NCBI GenBank assembly: GCA_963739455.1 | Contig: CAVUAK010000002.1 | Coordinates: 432,641 to 496,640, forward strand | Reading direction: 5' to 3' | Origin: an uncultured Gemmatimonadales bacterium | GTDB taxonomy: Bacteria; Gemmatimonadota; Gemmatimonadetes; Gemmatimonadales; GWC2-71-9 | Length of the DNA stretch: 64,000 nt | In this document: in pieces, positions 20,267 through 34,378 of the stretch | Layout: every line of letters starts with the position of its first letter | How positions within the stretch are numbered: position 1 is the first letter of the stretch | Notes under the pieces: generated by a model | The model's database searches: none | Told to the model about the DNA's origin: nothing | Seen by the model: only the letters and a program-made list of their open reading frames with translations | Translations under genes and position numbers: made by a program

Positions 20267-22457
20267 CTAGCCGGTCGACTTCGAGGCGCCAGGCTGGCCT
20301 TCCTCGTGACGGTCGACCTGCTGCACGCCCTTCACCCTTCGCATGGCCTTCATGACCTTCTCGAGGTGGGGGAGGTTGTCCACCTCGATGAAGACGTTGC
20401 CGAACACCGCGCCGTCCCTGGTGTTGATGTCGGCGGCCTTGATGTTGGTGCCGGATGCGCTCACGGCCTGCATCAGGTCGGCATAGAGACCGCGCCGGTC
20501 ATTGCCGTTGACGTCGAGGCGCACCACGAACGACTCGCCGGTCGTCTCGTGCCAGTCGATTTCCACCCGGCGGTCGTCGGCCGACAGGGTGAGGAGGTTG
20601 GGACAGTCGAACCGGTGAATCGAGATGCCCCTGCCCTGGGTCACGTAGCCCACCACCTTGTCGCCCGGCACCGGCTGGCAGCATTGGGCGTACCGCACCA
20701 TGAGGCCGTCGACGCCCTGGATCTTGATGCCACGTCCCAGGCGGATCCGGTCGATGACCCGGCCGAACACCGTCGGCTTCGGCTCCTGCAGTTCCTCCAT
20801 GGGCGCGTCGGGAAAGAGCGCCCGCACCACCTGGCCGATGGCCACGTCGCCCCGGCCGATCGCGATCGTGAGGCCACGGGCGTCAGCGAGCGACAGGGCG
20901 GCCGCCGCGCGCTCCATTCGGGCCTCGTCGGCGCCGGTCAGCCGGCGCTTCTTGAGCTCCCGTTCGAGGATCTCCTGGCCCAGCTGCAGGCTGACCGTTT
21001 CCTCTTCGTGCTTGATCCACTGCTTGATCTTGTGGCGCGCGCGCGCCGTGCGCACATGGTTGAGCCAGTCGCGGCTCGGCTTGGCCGACGGACCAGTCAG
21101 GATCTCGACCGTGTCGCCGTTCTTGAGCTCCCGGTGCAGCGGCGCGATCCGGCCGTTGATCTTGGCCCCCTGGCACTTCTCGCCGACCTTGGTGTGCACG
21201 TGGTAGGCGAAGTCGATCGGCGTCGCTCCCTTGGGCAGCTGCTTCACGTCGCCCTGCGGGGTGAAGACGAAGATCTCGTCCTGGTACAGGTCCACCTTGA
21301 GGAACTCGAGGAATTCCTCGGGACTGTGGGTGTCCTGCTGCAGCTCGAGGAGCTGGCGGAACCATCCGAGATGCTCGGCGACCTCGTCGGTGCTCCCGTC
21401 GGTCTTGTAGATCCAGTGGGCCGCGATCCCGTACTCGGCCGTGCGATGCATCTCCTGGGTGCGGATCTGCACCTCGAAGAGCTGGCCGCCCGGGCCGAAG
21501 ATGGTGGTGTGCAGCGACTGGTAGCCGTTCGACTTGGGACTCGCGATGTAGTCCTTGATCCGTTCCTGCAGCGGCGTCCAGTTGTGGTGGATGATGCCGA
21601 GCGCGTGGTAGCACTCGGGCACCGACTTCACGATGACGCGCAGCGCCATCAGGTCGTAGATCTCGTCGAAGCCCTTGTTGCGGCGCTTCATCTTCTGGAA
21701 GATCGACCAGAGGTGCTTCGGCCGGCCGGTGATGTCGAAACTCTCGATGGCCGCGCGCCGCAGCTCGTACTCCAGCGGCGTGCGCAGCTTGACGATCATC
21801 TGCTCCCGCGCCGCCTTCTTGGCCGCCACCTGGACCACCAGGGCGCGGAAATCTTCCGGCTCGAGGAACTTGAACGCCAGGTCCTCGAGCTCCGCCTTGA
21901 TGCGCGCCATGCCGAAGCGGTGCGCCAGCGGGGCGTAGATCTCGCGCGTCTCGAGGGCGATCCGCTGGCGCTTCTCGGCGTTGAGCGGTTCCAGGGTGCG
22001 CATGTTGTGCAGCCGGTCGCACAACTTGATGATGATGACCCGCGCGTCCTTGGCGATCGAGAGCAGCAGCTTGCGGTAGTTCTCGACCTGCTCCTCCGCG
22101 GACGACCGGAAGGTCAGGTGGGAGATCTTCGTGAGGCCGTCCACGATGCCCGGCGATCTCGGTACCGAACTCGCGGGCGATATCCTCCACCCGGACGTCG
22201 GAGTCCTCGACGACATCGTGCAGCAGGGCGGCGGCGATGGACGTGGTGTCGAGCAGCTGCTCGGCCAGGATCTGTGCCACCGCGATGCTGTGCGAAATGA
22301 AGTCCTCGCCCGACATGCGCTTCTGGCCCCGGTGGGCGGCCGCGCTGAAGCGGAGCGCACGGTCGAGCAGCTCGAGGTCGAGCCGGTCGCGGTGCGGCTC
22401 CAGCAAGCGCCGAAGTTCCGGCGATGCGTCGGCGAGGTCAGGACGGGTGACAGTCAT
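20267..22457 (-). CDS. rel: Bifunctional (p)ppGpp synthetase/hydrolase Rel (frameshift ~22150)
   Basis: Intact HD motif (AALLHDVVED), DRLHNMRTL, RIKD, YQSLHT, EVQIRT; TGS (TPIDFAY), CC and ACT domains. Confidence 0.95.
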
Positions 22458-22576
22458 CGAAACCTGGGCTTCGGGTACACAATCCCCACGATGTAGGATG
22501 CCGCAACACCGGGGCCGGTGCAAGTTGCGGCCGCCGTGTCCTGCTTCCCCCCGGTTTTCCGCGTATCGTAGGCAGG

Positions 22577-23218
22577 ATGCCGATACTCTTCCGAGGTTCC
22601 CCTGCGCTGGCAGGCTTGGCCGCGCCTGCGTGGCGTGCATCCGTCAGCTGGCTTGCGTGCAGCATGCTCACGGGATGCACCGGGCTGGGGATGTGGCTCT
22701 ATGAGGATCCGCGTATCAACCTTGTGGAGATCAGTATGGCTGGCGACACCGGCAAGGCGGAGCTGCAGTTCGTGCTTTCCGGCTGTAACACCAACGATTT
22801 CGACCTGCAGGTGGACAGCCTGGAGATGCTTCTTGTGGTCGCTGGGCACTCGGAGGAGGAGGCTCAGGACGCCAATAGCCTGGTGCTTCCCTCGCGCGCC
22901 TCAATTGCCCTGCCCGTCCGGCTGCACGCCGCCGCGCCAGATTCAACCAGCGGGATGACCCAGTTGCCGTTCACTGTCACGGCCAAGGGCAAGGTGCTTT
23001 CTCCAACGGGACCGCGATACGTCACGGGAAGCGAGAGTGGCGTGCTGACAATGACGAACGGCAAGCCGGCCGGCTGGAAGCTGAAGGGGAATTCAACGGA
23101 GTGCCATCCGGGCGGGTCCAAGCTTCCCCCTGCGGCGGGACGCGGTGCCCCGATCGTCTCGGAAAGCCCCGCGCCCCCACCCGCCCCGCCTCCCACCAGG
23201 ACCTCGTACGGGAAGTAG
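22577..23218 (+). CDS. Hypothetical exported protein, LEA_2/WHy-like
   Basis: Hydrophobic N-terminus with LTGC; NTNDFDL resembles the NPN-x-F motif of LEA type 2; fills the rel-radC gap. Confidence 0.55.
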   Translation: MPILFRGSPALAGLAAPAWRASVSWLACSMLTGCTGLGMWLYEDPRINLVEISMAGDTGKAELQFVLSGCNTNDFDLQVDSLEMLLVVAGHSEEEAQDANSLVLPSRASIALPVRLHAAAPDSTSGMTQLPFTVTAKGKVLSPTGPRYVTGSESGVLTMTNGKPAGWKLKGNSTECHPGGSKLPPAAGRGAPIVSESPAPPPAPPPTRTSYGK

Positions 23219-23220
23219 GC

Positions 23221-23904
23221 TTAGAGCAGGCCTGACTGGGAGAACGAGAGCCAGCGATCGCCCGCGACGATGACGTGGTCGTACACCGGCAGGTCGAGCA
23301 GCTGACCAGCCGCCACCAGCTGCCGGGTCACGGCGCGGTCTTCTGCCGACGGCGTCGGGTCCCCGCTGGGGTGGTTGTGCACCACGATGATCCCCGCCGC
23401 AGCCTCGGCGATGGCGGGCCGGAAGACTTCCCGGGGGTGCACCAGCGAACTGTTCAGGATGCCGCGCGTGATCAGCACCTCCCTCAGCACCTGGGACTGG
23501 GTGTCGAGGGCAAGCAGGTGGAACTCCTCGACACTGAGGTCGCGCAGGCGCGGGGCGAAGATGCGGACCACGTCCTCGGGCTCGCGGATCCGAACGACCG
23601 GCGGGCGCTCTTCCTGCGCGAGCCGCAGCCCGAGCTCGAATGCCGCGAGCAGGCGGGCCGCCTTGGTTGGACCGATGCCGCCTTGCCGCTGCCACTCGGA
23701 CGCGGGACGCGCGGCCAGGCGGCGCAGGGATCCGCCGGTGCTTGCCAGCAGTGATTGCGATGTCGTCAGGACATCATCGAGTCGGGTACCGGTGCCCAGC
23801 ATGATGGCCACGAGCTCCGGTGTCGCGAGCGCGGCCGCGCCCAGCGCCCAGAGGCGCTCCCGCGGACGATCGGCGGTGCGGAGGGACTCAAGAACCGCAG
23901 GCAT
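23221..23904 (-). CDS. radC: RadC family JAB/MPN protein
   Basis: DRPRERL, GIGPTKAA (HhH), VHPREVF, HNHPSGDPTPSAED, DHVIV. Confidence 0.95.
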   Translation of the reverse strand: MPAVLESLRTADRPRERLWALGAAALATPELVAIMLGTGTRLDDVLTTSQSLLASTGGSLRRLAARPASEWQRQGGIGPTKAARLLAAFELGLRLAQEERPPVVRIREPEDVVRIFAPRLRDLSVEEFHLLALDTQSQVLREVLITRGILNSSLVHPREVFRPAIAEAAAGIIVVHNHPSGDPTPSAEDRAVTRQLVAAGQLLDLPVYDHVIVAGDRWLSFSQSGLL

Positions 23905-24026
23905 TGGACACAATACTGCGCCGTGGCGCCGTCGACGTATCCGGATAGCGCCGGCAGGCGCGAACGACCGGCGCGTGTAACTTTCGGAAGAGTTCCCTGC
24001 CGACATGCCTAACTGAGCGGAGCCTA

Positions 24027-24752
24027 ATGTCGAAGCGCAACATCATCATCGGCCTCATCGTGCTCTGGCTGGCCACGGCGTATTTCGCCCTGCCCCTCAT
24101 CTGGCGGCGGAAGGAAAAGGTGGCCGCGGCGGCCGCTCCCACCACGGGCGAGAAGCTGCCGCGCCACTCGGAGACCGCGAACGGCATTCCCGGTGACCCG
24201 ATCAACCTCGTATTCGTCGGCACCAGGAATCAGGTAGTCGGTGCAATGCTCGCTGCGGGCTGGCACCCGGCGGACCCGATTACCCTCAAGAGCAGCCTCG
24301 AGATTGCCGCAGGCACCGTGTTCCATCGCTCCTATGACGATGCGCCAGTGAGCCCGCTCATGCTCTGGGGCAAGAAGCAGGACCTGACGTTCGAGTTCCC
24401 GTTCGGCGAGGACCCGAGCGAGCGGCACCACATCCGCTTCTGGCTGGCGCCCGAGACGGACTCGCAAGGCCGGACCCTGTGGGCTGCTGGCGCAACGTTC
24501 GACCGCTCGGTCGGCCTGAGCCACACGACGGGGCAGATCACCCACCATATCGCGCCGGGCACTGACGCCGAGCGCGACAACGTACTCGAGGACCTCCGGA
24601 GGGCCGGCGCCGCGTCGGAAATTTCCTGGATCGATGGCTTCCAGCACGAGCGGACGGGAAAGAACGGCGGTGGGGATCCCTACTTCACTGACGGACGCCT
24701 CGTGATCGTGGTGGTGGGAGCGCCGGCCACGCCAGCGCCCGCGACGAAGTAA
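24027..24752 (+). CDS. LssY-like C-terminal domain protein with N-terminal TM anchor
   Basis: GDPINLVFVG, AAGW, APVSPL, QDL, RHHIRFW, ATFDRSVG, GQITHHI, DAERD, FTDG motifs; GGAG RBS. Confidence 0.75.
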   Translation: MSKRNIIIGLIVLWLATAYFALPLIWRRKEKVAAAAAPTTGEKLPRHSETANGIPGDPINLVFVGTRNQVVGAMLAAGWHPADPITLKSSLEIAAGTVFHRSYDDAPVSPLMLWGKKQDLTFEFPFGEDPSERHHIRFWLAPETDSQGRTLWAAGATFDRSVGLSHTTGQITHHIAPGTDAERDNVLEDLRRAGAASEISWIDGFQHERTGKNGGGDPYFTDGRLVIVVVGAPATPAPATK

Positions 24753-24753
24753 G

Positions 24754-27899
<3,146 letters not shown>

Positions 27900-27903
<4 letters not shown>

Positions 27904-28486
27904 CCTGCTCCGTCCCGGTACAGCCCGCGCGCGGCAATGAACTCCGCCACCGCATCGGGCACCCAATAGCGAATGGATTGGCCACGGCGCACACGCTCGC
28001 GAATTGCCGTGGAACTGATTTCGACCGCCGGCACCGAGATCACCTCGATACCGGGCGGCAATACCTTCGCCTGTGTCCCCGGCACGCCCGAAGGCCACGA
28101 CGCGCGCCAGCCGACTCACCTCGGGCGCTTCGTGCCAGCGCGGCAGTCCCGTCGCCGCATCGCTGCCCACCAGCAGCACAAAACTGGTGCCTGGTTCACG
28201 GGCGCGGAGCGCACGAAGCGTATCGACCGTGTACGAAGGCCCGGCGCGATCCAGTTCGATCCGCTCGAGGCGCATGCCCGCCGTCTCCCCGATGGCGCGT
28301 TCCACCATGGCGGCGCGATCCTCGGCGCTCGCCGCGTGCTCGCCCAGCCTTGAACGGCTGTTCCCGCGCCGGCACAAACCGGACTTCGCCCAGTGCCAGG
28401 ACCTCGGCGGCGGCCTGCGCCACCAGCAGGTGGCCATGGTGGATCGGGTCGAACGATCCGCCGAACAGACCCACCACCCCGCTCAC
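27900..28486 (-). CDS. nadD: Nicotinate-nucleotide adenylyltransferase (frameshifts ~28350, ~28070)
   Basis: [41 protein letters not shown] spread over three frames. Confidence 0.92.
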
Positions 28487-29272
28487 GACTTGCCCGTGCT
28501 ATCCACTGGCAGCGGGCACAACTTGTTGATGTCGTGCGTGCTCGCATGGAACCGTCGAATATAACCGCACGTCTCCTTCACGTCCTCCTCGTAGTCCAGC
28601 GCCTTGTACGCCTTGACCAGTTGCACCAGCGCACTCGGGGCGATCGTGGACCGGGGGTACGTGGCCACCACGTCCCGCAGGTACAGGATGGACGAGTCGT
28701 ACGCCTTGATGCGGTAGTAGTACAGGCCGGTGCGATAACCCTTGTAGGCGAAATCGTCCTGCAACTCGTTGAGGCGCACCTGGCCCTGCAGCGCCGCCGG
28801 GGTGCCGGGGTAGCGGCTGACCAGTTCCTGGAACGTGGAGAGCGCGGTCTGCCCGTAGGTGGGATCGAGCTGCGGCTTGCGCCACAGCTTCGCGTAGGCA
28901 TCGCCCGCGCGCAGAAGGGCCTGCGGCGCGAGCGGATCGGTCGGCGATTCGTCGGATACCCGGCGGAACTCGCGCACCGCCTGGAGTTCACTGCCCTCGA
29001 CCGCCAGCACCTCGCCCAGCATGAAGTGCATGCGGGAAGTGCGGGGATCGCCCGGCTTCATTTCGAGATTGAGCCGCTCGAGATCGGTTTGCGCCTCGCG
29101 CCACCAGCCGCGGCGGAACGCCAGTTCGGTCTTGGCCCAGAGGCGAGTCGATCGATGCACCGGAAACCGCCGGGGCGGCGGGAGCACCCTTCGGGAGCGC
29201 ACTCAAGTCGGGCTGCTTCTTGGAGCATGCGAGCGCCGTCGCCGCAAGCGCGCACAACAGGAGCTTCCTCAT
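28483..29272 (-). CDS. bamD: Outer membrane assembly lipoprotein BamD (frameshift ~29170)
   Basis: ALAC lipobox; TPRs, P.LDPTYG..AL..FQELVSRYP, YYYRIKAYDS. Confidence 0.8.
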
Positions 29273-30117
29273 CGGGCAGGGGCCCCGCTGTCGGGGAGCG
29301 CCGCCTTGTATCGATCTGCCACCGACTGCACGAGTGTCCCCCCCACTGTATCGCCAAGCGCCGTGAGCGCTGTTGCCATCGCCTCGAGCGCCGTCACCCC
29401 GCGCCTGGAAGCCGAATCTGCCTTGATCGCCTCATCGAGCCACACGAGCGCGTCCGCAGGCGCCCCGGCCTCGATCCGGGCCTGCCCGACGCGCAACGCG
29501 CAGTCCTGCCCGGCCTGCCCCGCCGCCACCGCACGCTCGCGAAGTGTCGAGCGCATGGCAACAGCCTGGTAGATGTGCGCCGCGTGCTCGCAGTCGTTGG
29601 CGTCGCGCAGGATGGCAGCGTACTGCAGCAGCAGCGAGTCGGCGGTATCCGCATCGGGCGCCGCTGCCAGTGCGGCCGGCGTCAGCTCGAGCCGGGCCGC
29701 CGGTGTGAGCGCACCGCGTGATTCGAGCGCGAGTACGTACCGGCCGACCGGCCGGCCCGGTGCCACGTCGCGCAGGCCCTCGACCGCCATCCGCAGGGCC
29801 GTGGTGTCACCCGCGCGGTCGGCGGCCCTCGCCACCGTCTCCATGCCATCCGCCGCCTCGTTCCGGCGGGACGGGTCCTCCCGTCCCATGCGCCCGAACG
29901 CGGCAGCGGCCTCCCGCAGGTTCCCGACCCGCAGGGCCGCACCACCAAGCTTGTTGAGCACCCGGCCATCGGGCTGTCGTTCAGCAGCCGTCCTGTACGA
30001 AGCGAACGCCTCACTCCAGCGCGAGTCTGCAACCTCGGCATCCGCCCGGCGTTCCACGGTGGTGGTACCACGGCAAGCGGACGTCATCGTCAGGACGAGC
30101 AGGCCCACCCATCTCAT
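29269..30117 (-). CDS. Hypothetical Ala-rich TPR-like (lipo)protein
   Basis: N-terminal TSAC, helical repeats; start/stop overlaps with both neighbours. Confidence 0.65.
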   Translation of the reverse strand: MRWVGLLVLTMTSACRGTTTVERRADAEVADSRWSEAFASYRTAAERQPDGRVLNKLGGAALRVGNLREAAAAFGRMGREDPSRRNEAADGMETVARAADRAGDTTALRMAVEGLRDVAPGRPVGRYVLALESRGALTPAARLELTPAALAAAPDADTADSLLLQYAAILRDANDCEHAAHIYQAVAMRSTLRERAVAAGQAGQDCALRVGQARIEAGAPADALVWLDEAIKADSASRRGVTALEAMATALTALGDTVGGTLVQSVADRYKAALPDSGAPAR

Positions 30118-30830
30118 GTACCGGCGCGCTCGACCATGGCGAGGTACGCCTCGATCCGCGCGCTGGCCGGGCGCCGCGCCAGGCAGTCACGCCAGACCCG
30201 CTGCGCTTCGCCAGCGTCGCCACTCAAGTAGAACGACAACCCCAGGGCGGCCTGTGCGTCGACGAAGTGCGGATGCGCCGCGACCACCGCGCCGAAGACG
30301 TCGCGCGCCTCGAGCACCTGCCCTGACTCGAGCAGCAGGCGGCCCAGCTTGTACCGGAGGTCATGAAAGCGGGGCCCGAGCTCCAGCGCGCGGCGATACT
30401 CGGCGATGGCGCGGTCTCGCGCGCCGGCCTCGGCGTATGCCTGCCCAAGCTCGGCATGCCGGTTCGCCAGCTGGGCCGCGACGGCAGCCGGAAAGCCGGC
30501 CACCGGTGCGGGCGTGATCTCCGCCGCGCGACGCAGTGCCGGCGTCACCTCGTCCACCCGACCCAGGGCCGCCAGTGCAAGCGCCCGGTGGATAGTGGCC
30601 TCGAGATAGCGCGGGTTGAGCGCCAGGGCCGAGTCGAAGGCGGCCAGCGCGCGCTCCTGCTGTCCAAGGAGCGCATACGAAACACCCATCAGGTGATGCA
30701 CATCGGGGAAGGCACAGCCGGCGTCGAGCACCCGCATGCACAGGTGAATGGCGCCGTAGTAGTCCTGCAGCGCGAAACGATCGCGCGCCTGCCCCAGCTG
30801 GCGTTCGATGGATTCCGGGGCGTCGATCAT
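30114..30830 (-). CDS. Tetratricopeptide repeat protein
   Basis: [36 protein letters not shown] motifs. Confidence 0.8.
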   Translation of the reverse strand: MIDAPESIERQLGQARDRFALQDYYGAIHLCMRVLDAGCAFPDVHHLMGVSYALLGQQERALAAFDSALALNPRYLEATIHRALALAALGRVDEVTPALRRAAEITPAPVAGFPAAVAAQLANRHAELGQAYAEAGARDRAIAEYRRALELGPRFHDLRYKLGRLLLESGQVLEARDVFGAVVAAHPHFVDAQAALGLSFYLSGDAGEAQRVWRDCLARRPASARIEAYLAMVERAGT

Positions 30831-31765
30831 GTCGCGGGATGACGTCGGAAAAACTCGATGGTGCGCTGCAGCCCCTCTTCGAGCTGGACCTTCGGCTCCC
30901 AACCGAGACGCTCGCGCGCCCGCGTGATGTCCGGCTTCCGCACCTTGGGATCATCCTCCGGCAGCGGCAGCGAGATGATCTCCGACTTGGAACCGGTCAT
31001 GGCGATGACCGCGCTCCGCCAGTTGCCGCACCGTGAACTCACCCGGGTTGCCGATGTTGATCGGATCGCTCTTGTCGCTCTGGAAGAGGCGGTAGATGCC
31101 ATCGATCAGGTCGGACACGTAGCAGAAGGAGCGGGTCTGCGAGCCATCGCCGTACAGCGTGAGCGGATGGCCCCGCAGCGCCTGCACGATGAAGTTCGAC
31201 ACCACCCGTCCATCGTTCGGCCGCATCCGCGGGCCGTAGGTGTTGAAGATCCGCACGATGCGGGTGTCGACGCCGTGGTAGCGATGATAGGCCATCGTCA
31301 TCGCCTCGGCGAAGCGCTTCGCCTCGTCATACACGCCCCGGGGGCCGATCGGGTTCACGTGGCCCCAGTAGCTCTCCGGCTGCGGATGCACCTGGGGATC
31401 GCCGTACACCTCCGAGGTGGACGCGAGGAGGAACCGCGCGCCCTTGGCCTTGGCCAGGCCCAGCGTCTTGTGCGTGCCCAGCGACCCGACCTTCAGGGTC
31501 TGGATGGGCTTCTCGAGGTAGTCGATCGGGCTGGCCGGCGAGGCGAAATGAAAGACGCCGTCGAGCGCGCCCTCGACGTAGATGAAGTTCGTGACGTCGT
31601 GCTGGACGAAGTGGAACTTCGGATTGCCCGATCAGGTGCGCAATGTTGTCGGGATGCCCGGTGAGGAAGTTGTCCATCCCGACCACCGAGTGTCCCTCGG
31701 CCAGCAGCCGGTCGCGTCAGGTGCGAGCCGAGAAACCCCGCCGCGCCGGTGACAAGAATTCGCAT
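30827..31765 (-). CDS. UDP-glucuronate decarboxylase (UDP-xylose synthase family; several frameshifts)
   Basis: [62 protein letters not shown]. Confidence 0.9.
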
Positions 31766-33074
31766 CAGATCCGCCTTCCAATGGCGTCATACTGGAAGCC
31801 GAGCGCAGCGAGCCGGGACGGCTCGAACAGGTTCCGGGCGTCGACCAGGACGGGCTGCTTCAGGCTGCGCTTCGAGCGCGCTCGAAATCCGGGTTGCGGT
31901 ACATCAGCCACTCGGTCATGATCACGAGCGCATCCGCGCCCTCGGCGGCCGCATAGTTGTCCGCAAAATAGCGGATCCGCGTCGCCGAAGATCTCCCGGG
32001 TCGTCTCCAGCGCCTTGGGGTCGTGCACGTGGACCACAGCCCCCTCGGCCAGCAGCGCCTCGATGAGCACGATCGCCGGCGCTCTCCCGCATGTCGTCGG
32101 TTTCCGCCTTGAAGGCGAGCCCCCAGACCGCGACCGCGCGCCCCGCGGTGTCGCCACCCAGCGCGCGCCGGACCTTGGCGAACGGCACCCGCTTCTGCCG
32201 GCGGTTCACTTCCTCGACGGCCTCGAGCAGGTCGGGCTCGAGCCCAAACTGGCGCGCCGAGTGAATCAGTGCCTGCACGTCCTTGGGGAAGCAGGAACCG
32301 CCGTACCCCGGGCCCGGGAAAGAGGAACGCGGTGCCGATCCGGCGATCGGAACCGATGCCCCGGCGCACCTCGTTCACGTCGGCGCCCGACGCGCTCGCA
32401 GAACTCGGCCACCTGGTTCATGAACGAGATGCGCGCGGCGAGCATGGCATTGGCCGCGTACTTGGTCACCTCGGCCGACGCGATGTCCATGAAGAAGATC
32501 GGGTTGCCGGTACGCACGAAGGGCGCATACAGCTCGCGCATCACCTCGCGCGCATGATCGTTGTCCACACCGACCACGACCCGGTCGGGCTTCATGAAGT
32601 CGTCGATCGCCGCCCCTTCCTTCAGGAACTCGGGGTTGGAGCAGACGTGCGCCTCGTGGGGCGAGAACCGCGCGATCGCCGCGCGCACCAGGTTCGCGGT
32701 CCCCACCGGCACGGTGCTCTTCGTGACGACGACCGTGGGCCGTCCATTGCGCGACCGATGCCCTCGGCCACCGCGATGACGTGCTGCAGGTCGGCCGAGC
32801 CGTCCTCGCCCGGCGGCGTGCCGACCGCGATGAAGATGACCCGTGATTCCCTCACGGAGCCGGCCAGGTCGGTGGTGAAGCGGAGGCGACCGGCGGCCTG
32901 GTTGCTGGCCACCATCGGCTCGAGCCCCGGCTCGTAGATCGGAATCTCGTTTCGGCGGAGCCGCTCGATCTTGCCCGCGTCCACGTCCACACACCGCACC
33001 GTGTTCCCGGTCTCGGCCAGGCACGCCCCCGCTACCAGCCCGACGTAGCCGGAGCCGACGATCGTGACATCCAC
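31765..33074 (-). CDS. ugd: UDP-glucose 6-dehydrogenase (several frameshifts)
   Basis: [52 protein letters not shown]. Confidence 0.9.
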
Positions 33075-33078
33075 TCGA

Positions 33079-34373
33079 TCAGGCCTTCCGGGACGCGAGC
33101 GCGTTGCGCGTGTCGGTCACCGCCTTCGCCTCACGCCGGATCAGGTCGTAGTCGAGGCTGGTGTGATCGGTGACGATCATCGCCGCGTCGGCTGCGCGCA
33201 GCGTCTCCGCGGTGAGCGGGACCGACGCGGCGCGTGTGCCCTTCCTCCGTGAACTCCTTCACGTACGGGTCGTGGTAGCGTGACGTCGGCGCCACGCTCC
33301 TCGAGCAGGCGCAGGATATCCAGCGCCGGGCTCTCGCGAAGGTCGTCGATGTCCTTCTTGTACGCCACGCCGATGACCAGCACCTTCGATCCCTTCACCG
33401 ACTTGCCGCGCTCGTTGAGCGCGTCCGCCAGCTTGCGTACCCAGAAGAGCGGCATCTCCGAGTTGAGTTCGCCCGCGAGGTCGATGAAGCGGGTCTTGTA
33501 GTTGAGCGCGCGCATCTTCCACGCGAGGTAGTGCGGATCGATCGGGATGCAGTGTCCGCCCAGCCCGGGGCCCGGGGTGAACTTCATGAAGCCGAACGGC
33601 TTGGTCGCGGCGGCGTCGATGACTTCCCAGACGTTGACGCCCAGCTTGTCGCAGACGATCGCCATCTCGTTGACCAGGCCGATGTTGACGCTGCGGAAGG
33701 TGTTCTCCAGCAGCTTCACCAGCTCGGCCGCCTCGGTGGTGGAGACCGGCACCAGGGTGTCGATGGCCGGCTGGTAGAGCGCCACCGCCACCTCGAGGCA
33801 CGCCGGCGTGATGCCGCCGACCACCTTGGGCGTGTTGCGCGTCTGGTAGGTCGGGTTGCCGGGATCGACGCGCTCGGGGCTGAAGGCGAGGAAGAAGTCC
33901 TCACCCACCTTGAAGCCCGGTGGCCTGCAGCGCGGGCAGCATGATCTCCCGCGTCGTGCCGGGATACGTCGTGCTCTCCAGGATGATGGCCTGCCCGCGG
34001 CGCAGCGATGCCTTCACCGCCTCGGTGGCGGCGACGATGAAGCTGACGTCGGGATCCTTGAACTTCGAGAGCGGCGTCGGGACGCAGATGGAGATCGCAT
34101 CGGGCTCCTTGAGCCGCTTCGGGTCGGTGGTGGCCGAGAACCGCCCGGCCTTCACCTGCTCGCCGAGTTCGCGCGTCACTCACGTCCTTGATGTGCGAGT
34201 CGCCCGGCGTTGAGCCCGTCGACCACACGCTGGCTGACATCGTAGCCGAGGACCTTGAACCCGGCCTTCGCCAGCTCGACGGCGAGCGGCAGCCCGACGT
34301 AGCCGAGCCCGATGATGCCGAAGAGCGCCTCGCGGCGCTCAGCCTTCGCGATCAAATCCTTCGCAATGCTCAT
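33079..34373 (-). CDS. UDP-N-acetylhexosamine 6-dehydrogenase, WbpA/WecC-type (frameshifted)
   Basis: [63 protein letters not shown]. Confidence 0.9.
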
Positions 34374-34378
34374 TTGGT

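Noticed and set aside
23221..23904. radC as a marker of a mobile element
   Set aside because: Full-length chromosomal type with N-terminal HhH region and no mobile genes nearby.
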